Positions 55,048 through 64,000 of a stretch of 64,000 nucleotides of DNA are shown here, piece after piece. The position numbers were made by a program, and so were the translations under genes. The number at the start of each line of letters is the position of its first letter. Position 1 is the first letter of the stretch. The notes beneath the pieces are model-generated. The model saw only the letters and a list, made by a program, of their open reading frames with translations, was not told where the DNA came from and did no database searches. This DNA comes from Epiperipatus broadwayi (lineage: Eukaryota; Animalia; Onychophora), in NCBI GenBank assembly GCA_028023455.1, contig JAQFVV010000002.1, forward strand, positions 10,292,001-10,356,000. Reading direction: 5' to 3'.

Positions 55048-58000
55048 GTAAGTTAAATGGTTATAATAGGTACATGATTGATAAGGAATGAGTACATTTT
55101 ATCAAATAAATAATAATATGAAAACAAAACAAATTAAATATCATGATCAAGTATTTATTTAATCCCAGATACCCAGCACCGTTTCATACTTAAAATGATA
55201 TAATAAAAATAAATAAATGAATTATTATCATAAACCCATATATATATTTGATGCTTTGAAATAGATAAAATATAAATACAACTTTAAATGAATAAGAAAA
55301 ATAATAAATCCCTGAAGCTATTTACAATGTTTCATAATGAATGGAAGTGGTCTGAGCTTTTTTTTTTACCCTGTAGAAATAAGTTATACTTTGTGTGATT
55401 TGATATATATTTCTCATATAAAAGATTTTCAGTTATACTGGCATACACTTCTACTCAGGACTTGAAAACTTTTTTTATTGATAGCAAATATAATAAAAAA
55501 AAAAAAAAAACTATGCACATATATATTTGCACTATAAAATATTTCACTAATTTTGTATTTTTAAACATGTCAGTAAGGTTGCGTTAGCTCAGATACCATA
55601 GAGAACTCAACATGAGATGCCGTATCTATTTGCCTGTTATAATAAATTCTTATACATGTATATACAGGCAGCACAATTATACACTCACTACTATTCTAAA
55701 TATAAAGTTATTAGTGGACTTGCTTATGGGAAATTTATAATGAATAAACCATTGGACACTCATCATAAGGTATCGCAGTGACAAAAATAAGTTAAAGATA
55801 TATGGATAAATACATTTCAGACACTCAACATGAAGTGTCATATTTATCGATTATTACCAATGTATGTGCCCATATATACACATGTATATTTATGTATTAC
55901 AATTTTCAGCAAGATTTTAAACAAGTAGCAACAAAAAAAAAAACTAATTGCAACCTTTGCTAAAAATACTAGAATTTGGGATAAAAAAATGAATTAAAAG
56001 ATTTAAGTAAAAGCTGTATCATTATGCCTGTAACAACCATAAATCCAATATATATATATATGAGAGACAACTCTCTCTCTCTTTTAAATGATTAATAATA
56101 ATAATAAAAAATAATGTATTTCTAATTATCGGAAATATCAGAATGAATTAATTCAGTATTAATAAAATATTTTTAAAAGAAACTTATGTAGGCATCTTCA
56201 TCTTCTCCTGACTGGGCTTTTGAGTGGGCTTCAAGTCAGACTGCTGTGCGGTGAAGATTTCATCTCATTCAGACATAGGCAGGGCAGCTTTTGTCATCAT
56301 TGTGGTCAGCTGGAACTGGTACGATCACATCTTGATGATTTGGACAGAGAAGGGCAGGTGCACCAGCTGGTTTTTTTACCTCACAGTCATTTTAATGGAA
56401 GCTCTGGCAGATTTCTCCATATTTTCTATCTGGTATAATGCAAAAATTATTATTAAATGTTCATCCACTATCTTGAATGGTTCATTAAATCCTTAAGAAA
56501 ACAAGAGTTCTTAAAAGAACTGTGTAATGTATTTCTTCTTAGAAAAATATCAGCAATAGTCTAGTCCATAAATTAATCTCTAAGTGACTAGATGATTGAA
56601 GAATTTCAGAGCCAAAGTAGTGAATTACTTGGCTAGAATGAATGCTAAAGAAAAAATGAACTGAATCCCACAGCACTGACTAAAACCTATCTACCCCACT
56701 CATAAGAACCAATTCATGTACCCCTCTGAGAAGTAGGAATCAACCAATCCTTTTAATTTAGTTTATTATTCAGATTATAACATTCCCTTCTATTTTTCTG
56801 ATTAAATTCTACATTTTAGGGTTTGATATAATGATTATTTTCCATCTTGAATACTCAGACCACTTGATTACAGATATTAAATTCAAAAATTTTTTATTTT
56901 ATCTAAAAAAAAAAAAATAACATTTTAATTTTAACATTGGTTACCAAACATTTTGCTTTTTGATTAGGTTTTTACCAAAGCAATTAACATTTTTTTGATT
57001 ATGGAATAAGATTACAGTTTTTAAAAAAGTAATTAAAAAAATAAAAATATATACAAATATGTTGGAACAATTACTTTAATTATTTATTTTATTATTATGT
57101 TCAAACATGTGATCAATTTGTTCGATAAAATTTGCTTTTCTCTATTTTAATTTTTCAGAGAAAAGCAAAATACATAAAATGACATATACTGAAAATATAC
57201 AAAACAATAAAATAAATAAAAAAATACATCAGTTTATTGTATGTGTATTTGTGTACAATATTTTAAATTGGTGTGAGTGGGTATTCTAATGCTCAGACCC
57301 CACTTCCATTACTAATGTAGCACATTTATATATTTGTTGTGCTTAATATATATAAATTTACATGTGTATCTGCTGTAATGCTCTTTACAGCAGACTTTGT
57401 GCATGGACATTTGATAATGCCTGGCACAATATATAATTTAAATTATATTACCTATAGAACCACTTTTTTACTTGAGCTTTCTTCTTGTGAGAAACATATA
57501 TAATAATAAATAACAAATATCCTTTATAATCTTAACTTAATAAAATCTTTAAAAAACTTTTTTTAAAATGGTTGAAAACCTTTGGCATTTTAATTATAAA
57601 ATCACAGAATTATGTCTGCTAGACCAATAAATGATGATAATATTTTATCTTTTGAATCAATCCATTTATGTGATAAACTTTAAGAGAATAACAATGAGTT
57701 GTTTTTCTTCATTTGTATAGATATAAAGTGAATAATAGTAATTTTATGAGAAGTGAAATTCGCTAACATTTAAAAAAAAATGTTTACAAAGAGTAATCAG
57801 ATTTATTTTTAAAACTGGGTTAAAATGAATATTCTAAGTGCAGGTGTATAATAATTTTTTAAATATTTGCTTTAAACTATAGCAGCAAATAACTTTTGAT
57901 GTACTAGCATTGGCAAAATAGCTTACAATTTTTCATTTAAAAAACATCTTTAATTAAAGTAATGTTTTAAATTTGTTTTATTATAATTAACCAGAAAAAA

Positions 58001-58944
58001 AAAAAAAAAGAATGATTATATTTATTTTGGATCAAATGGTATCAGAAAATGCAAATAAACTGAATAACAACAAGAAGTAGAGAAATTAAAATGGCATGAT
58101 ATACACTGAACAGAATCAATACATTATATTTTTTAATTTATGGTTGTGAAATATAGACTTTGAACTTTAACTTGAACCAAAGTACATATGGTACAAAGAA
58201 ATGTTGAAAATTATTTGAGAATGATTAGAAGGAATAGAAGAAAAAGAATAATTTTGATCTTAGATTCATATTACATGTTGCTTAAAACATTAGAGAACTT
58301 AAAAGAAGATAAATTGGGAATATACAGTAAAGAGCTGATAAATTTTAAATTAAAATATTTTCTACTGATTACTAAGAGTATAGAAGTGTTTTTAGAAAAA
58401 AATATTCTTTGAGATTTGATAATAACATAATTTTTTTGGGTAATTATACAAAAGAAAACTCCTGACAAATTATTGAAGACTTTTCTACTTATGTCTATAG
58501 ATAATATTATTTGCTTAAAAATAGATTATGGTCAATTAATTATGTCATCTTTCTAAATGATGGTAACAAATGTAATCCTTTTTTACTATTCTCTATTTAC
58601 TTTTGCTTATTTATCTACTTTCTTTTTTTTTCAAAACATTTTTTACAACCTATTTTTAAGTTGCATATTACAATTCACTTGGTTTTTTTTTTATTATCTC
58701 TTTAATAGATCATTTTTTATATTCATATTTTAATGTAATTGTATTTTAACTTCATACTCTTAATTGTATGTTTTCTATTATGGTAAAATGAGTAGCTTAC
58801 TTTTTAAAACTTATTCTTATTAACAATTCTAAAAAAAATAATGTATTTTATATCTCTTTGTATTAATGTGTCTAACTTTCCAGACTTTTATTTCTCGTTT
58901 TTATAGATTGTAATATTATAGCACTATACTATATTTATTTATAA

Positions 58945-59905
58945 AAATGCAACAGCAACAATTAGATTACATAATGATAGTAGAAAAATCAACATTGAAA
59001 AGGGTGTAAGACAGAGTGACTCCATATCTCCAAAACTTTTTACAGCAGTGCTGCAAGAAGTATTTTGTGGATTAAAATGGGAAGAGTGAAAGTAAATGGA
59101 GATTATTTAAGTCATTTATATTTTGCAGATGATGTAGTTGTTTTTGAAAATAATGCTTTAGAACTACAGGAAATGTTGCAGGAGTTATCACATGAAAGTA
59201 GGAAAGTAGGACTAAAGATAAACATTAAAAAGACTAAAGTAATGTTCAATAGATTTTCTCAAAATATGAAAATAAAGATTGATTATGATGAGTTAGAAGA
59301 AGTTAACAGTTACAAATACCTTGGTCAGATTATTAATACAGATGGAAATATAATGGATGAAATTAATTGTAGAATTAAACTTGGTTGGAGTGCTTTTGGT
59401 AAAAATAACTTGATACTAAAAGGAAATATGCCTATGTGTTTGAAAAGAAAGGTTTTTAATAAATGTATTTTGCCAGTTCTTACTTATGGATCTGAGACTT
59501 GGACACTTAATAGAATAGCAATACAGAGACTTCAGACCACTCAAAGAAGTATGGAGAGATGCATGTTGAGAAAAACAAGAAGGGATCAAAAATGCAATGT
59601 ATGGGTAAGAGAGCAAACAGGTGTTACTGACCTCATTGAAAAAATTAAAAGACTGAAGTGGAGTTGGGCTGGACAAATTGTTAGAAGAGATGATAACAGA
59701 TGGACAATTGAAATTTTAAACTGGATTCCAAGAGATTTAAAAGACCCAGAAAAAGACCACATGTGAGATGGGTGGATGAAATAAGAAAGTGTGCAGGGAT
59801 GGTGTGGAAAAGAGAAGCGAAAGATAGGAAAAGATGGATTGAATTTGGAGAGACCTTCATCCTGCAGTGGATTGATAATGGTTGATGATGATGATGATGA
59901 TGATA
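58945..59905 (+). mobile_element. 5'-truncated RTE-clade LINE with RT C-terminal half and (GAT)n tail
   Basis: KGVRQSDSISPKLF (one frameshift follows), then ORF 59065-59766 with YFADD, YKYLGQ, LPVLTYGSETW and KWSWAGQI. Ends in GATGATGAT at ~59884-59904. Confidence 0.95.
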
Positions 59906-60358
59906 CTATATAGTACCTATTGAATACTCATTCTTACAATAGTTGGCTCTAGAGAAGAGTAAAATGAACTATTCACAGTCCAATATAAGAATATGAAAAA
60001 AAACAGATAATATGTTGTTAATACTTTTTTGACTGAAGATTAATTTCAAAATATATAAAAGAAAATAAAATAGAAGAATTTCAATAATATTTAAAAATTA
60101 ATTTTAAGAAAAGTAATAAATGCCCTTGTTTATTATTTAAATAACTATGACTGCTTACATCTATGCATAGATTTAATTCTCATTTTAATTTTGAACTTAG
60201 AAGAGATAGAAAACAATAAGAGCAAAATTTCAGACTATGTCTCATATCATGTAGATGCTAGATTTACTTGTGATAGTTTACCCTTCTTTCTAACACAATC
60301 TTATCATACATACTATATTCTAGAACATAAGCAGGTTAGAGTAAATAGTTTCATATTA

Positions 60359-60589
60359 AACATCACCTCTTATGCTTGTGTGTAACTGTTGTTCAAACAA
60401 GAAAAACTCACTATATACATTGCCACACACAGCAAGCTAGAGCAATCAATCCAAGGCTCCTCACTGACGAAGGCCATAAGCCAGAAACTAGTCTGGGAAT
60501 ATTGGATGAGTAGGCACTAGATGGGGATTTTATGCACAAGCCTTCTGGCATCCATTGATTGCTCTAGCTTGCTGTGTGTGTCAATGTAT
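60359..60589. mobile_element. Hammerhead-bearing mini retroelement, copy 3 (best preserved)
   Basis: An antisense 3' part (60361-60449) is joined to a sense part (60450-60589), giving an ~40-bp inverted repeat. Exact 14-bp TSD ATAGTTTCATATTA (60345-60358 and 60590-60603). Confidence 0.85.
60450..60506 (+). ncRNA. Putative minimal type I hammerhead ribozyme
   Basis: CUGACGA (60464-70), stem II GGC/GCC, GAAA (60484-87), palindromic stem III ACUAGU and cleavage triplet GUC (60491-93). Stem I is CUCA/UGGG plus UCCAA/UUGGA. Confidence 0.6.
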
Positions 60590-62542
60590 ATAGTTTCATA
60601 TTATATTATGATCAAATAATAAAATGTTATCATTGTTATTAAAAGTATTTTTGGTTACATCCTTATTGCAGTTTATGAATTTTATTTTTAAATTATAAAA
60701 TAATGAAATTCCCTTAAATGTTAAAATTAATTTTTATTACAAAATTTTAAATTTACAGATTATTTTATCTCTTCTATATCTTAACTTTTCATTTTATAAA
60801 ATCATTTTAATTATTTTTTATGCATATAATGATGTAAGACCTGGTAATTTTATTGAGATAATTCTAAAATTGAAATGTGAAGATAAATTGCATTGGCAAA
60901 CTGCCATTTGTAGTAATCACCTGTCACCAATTGAGTATATTGATTTGTATTACCTAACTATCTCTGGGCAGAGAGTTCAACACATGTACATGCATAATAA
61001 TTTGCCTAGAAATATTAAATATATATGTGTGTGTGTTTTAATGAAATTATACATACACTGGTAAAATTCTATTATAAGACAAATTCATTATGAGTGGAAA
61101 CAGCATGATATATTGTTTCTTTGAAAGAAAAGAATTATTTGTCAGAAGGATTTATGGAGATGTCAAAGAAATATTATAAATCCATTAACTTTTTATAGAA
61201 AGGAATGTTCTTTCATAACTACTGGGAAATATCAAATCATGGTGTTTAATTAAAAGAATTAATCAAAAAAAAAAATCACACACACATACACTTATAAAAG
61301 AAACTAAAATATTACATTTGTTATTCAGTAACATATGGCAGACAGACAAAAGTGATCTTTAATACTTGATGCTTTTAGTTATTACTTTATTCTATAATAA
61401 TTTTAATTTAAAAAAAATCTCATGCAGAACAGTTATTTAATTTAAAAAATTTCACACTTTTTAGGTACATTTGATTATAATATCTAGTTAGATGCCTGTC
61501 CTTGTGTATATATAGATATTCTATCAACATGTAAATGGAATATCTACACTCGAATATCTACATATTATATCTGTGCATAATGGAGTGCAAGCAAAGAAAA
61601 ACTGCCACCAATGATGATCATGGATCACAGTCTCTTATTATTCATTTATTTTAATTTGCCTTCAGGCATAAAGGCTATCCAGATATCCTCTTCTTACCAT
61701 AAAGTTTAAGATTGAACTAAATGAACATTGAATTTTATTTCCTGGTTGCAAGCAAATTTGGTTATTTTTAAGTAATTTATTGATAGTTTAACAAAAGTGA
61801 TAATTAAGAATTGGTCAGTAATAGGTATCTAGCTCTTATTAATTAAAAGATGAAAATTCCTAGTTATTCTGGATTATTCAGATATACTGATTATAAAGAC
61901 AAGACTTATGATTGTAATATAATACAGTCTTCACCTCTGGAAGAGAAGTGTCATATTCTTACACACATAGGGGTAAGGAGTAAATCAGAAAAATATTACA
62001 AATGAAATTAGAATTATTAGAACAGAATATATAGTAGATAATTGTGAATCCAACTTGATCATAATATAAGTAATAAATGAATATGATTCAGTTAAAATGA
62101 TGCCTGTATTCAAAAACTATATTATTACAAAATAGGGTTTTTATAGATTGCAAAAAAATTAATCCATTAAATATTATCCATTTATATTGTAAACATTCAT
62201 TATGTCAAATTATTCATAATTGGGTATGAAGAAGAAAATGAAAAAGAAGTGTTCAAATGATTAAGGCAATAGACAAACAAATATTAATACTGGTGCTTTC
62301 CATCAAAACAGTGATGTGATGAGGATATTCTTGTCATTTGGAGATTCTACTGAGAAATAAAAGATTCCTAACTTACTTGCTATACTTTTTACAATCACTG
62401 GCAAATTGTAATCTATTTATAATTTCCTTCATAATATATTGGCAATAAAATACTAAATTCATTGAAATTATTATTTTATTTTACATGTTTAACCCTACTG
62501 TATTTAGTTATTTCTGACGTTTTTCTTTGTCTCACATGTTTA

Positions 62543-62912
62543 TGTAAAATATATGACAAAATGATTATTACTTATCAGAAAGTAACAAATTTAATTTCAT
62601 TTGATAGATATTCTTGTTTACTACTGAAATAAATTTTAAATGTTCACATTTTGTTTCTGTAAATATTAAAAAAATGAGAATGTAATCAAAACAAAGACTT
62701 TATATGTCATTTCTAGAAAAAATATTTTCAGTTTATGACAATGTAAAATATATGATAAAATGATTATTACTTATCAGAAATTAACAAAATTGACTTCCTT
62801 TGATAGATATTCTTGTTTACTATGAAATAAATTTTAAATGTTCATATTTTGTTTCTGTAAATATTAAAAAAATGAGACCATAATCAAAACAAAGAGACAT
62901 TATGCATCATTC
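62543..62912. repeat. ~200-bp tandem duplication
   Basis: ATGTAAAATATATGA.AAAATGATTATTACTTATCAGAAA...TAATCAAAACAAAGA occurs twice, with a further partial echo near 63010-63050. Confidence 0.9.
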
Positions 62913-64000
62913 TAAATAAGTCATAGATCCAATTCATAGATCACATGACCATATCTCTTAAGCTTGTAAGTTATAAACTTGTAGAGGAATTGGCAATCCT
63001 CACTGTTTATTATGCATCATTGTTTCTAGAAAGATTATTTTCAGTTTATAAAATCAACAAAATCTTCTTTGTTTCTGAATAGTTTTAAAAACTTGAATGA
63101 ACAATTATTTATTTCTCTAATATCTAACAAATTATGTTTTAAAAGTTTAAATTTTTTAAATATTTATTGGAAAATTGTGATTATTTTCTTCCTCATAAAT
63201 ATAAGTAGATTCTTTATGTCATAGTGAGTCTCCAAATTTTCTTCAGGCCATATTTACATTAGCTTCTAATATAATATTATATTTTTGAAAATAAAGTATT
63301 TCAAGTCAAAATAAGTTATTAATTATTTATATTTGTTGATATCTAATAAATATAGTGTAAATTATTTTTTAAAAAAATCTAAAACTGTAATAAATTTGCA
63401 AATAAACATGTTTTTGCGTCATTGGAAATTTCAATGTCATAAAATGCCGAACATTTTATATCCTGGCAACACATAATGGCTGATCATATCAGGGTGAGAG
63501 CTTATGTCTATTGTTAGAGCAGAAAATTTGAATTTCATGGGGTTTTTTTTGCAGAAAGTTTGGGCAAATACGGGTTTTCACGTATGATACTTACGGAAAA
63601 ATTCACCAGGGCACAAATTGGCCAAAAGACATTTCTCTGTCATTTCTCCTCATTAAATAAATATTTTTTTCTTCAGTACATATACATATATAGTATTCAT
63701 ATATATCATAATGGTTGGAAAGATCCATCCTTAACATTGATTATAGTATCATATTAAAAAAAAACATATATATTTACTTATATAGATATATCTAGAGAAA
63801 AAAAAGATTCCTTCTTTTCATTATATGAAATTTGCATGTTTATTAGTGAAGGATAACAATGTTTTATTATTTTGAAGCATTTATATATTTTTATTTATAG
63901 ATTTACTAATTTATAAAACATTGTGATTTTCTTTGTTTATTATCTTTGTTTGATTTTAATATATTTTGTTATTATTTTTTGTTTGTTCATCTTATTTTGT

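Noticed and set aside
58188-58412. 74-aa ORF vaguely like a LINE endonuclease segment
   Set aside because: The catalytic GDFN motif is absent and the composition is low-complexity AT-rich.
59416-59676. 86-aa minus-strand ORF
   Set aside because: Antisense shadow of the RTE ORF.

Overview
Very AT-rich, CpG-depleted eukaryotic DNA, probably an arthropod-type genome (inferred from TE families and composition). The window is mostly old transposable-element relics and I recognise no intact host gene. The relics are two decayed Ty3/Gypsy pol regions with PPT/LTR starts, gag fragments, a Copia RT/RNaseH relic, RTE LINEs, three hAT transposase relics, hAT MITEs with clear 8-bp TSDs, several foldback elements, Penelope-like (GIY-YIG) fragments and a tRNA-Gly(TCC) pseudogene. 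The most interesting signal is a ~200-250 bp non-coding retroelement family with three main copies (22.5, 43.7, 60.4 kb) and a fragment at 4.7 kb. It carries a minimal type I hammerhead-ribozyme-like core (CTGANGA-stem II-GAAACTAGTC). All three main copies have an internal inversion, and two have clear 13-14 bp target-site duplications, consistent with a retrozyme-like or Penelope-mobilised family. An unrelated inverted-plus-tandem element at 49.36-50.13 kb has a 12-bp TSD. One candidate host coding exon (54836-55047) is unidentified. All alignments and translations were done by eye, so boundaries of degraded relics are approximate.
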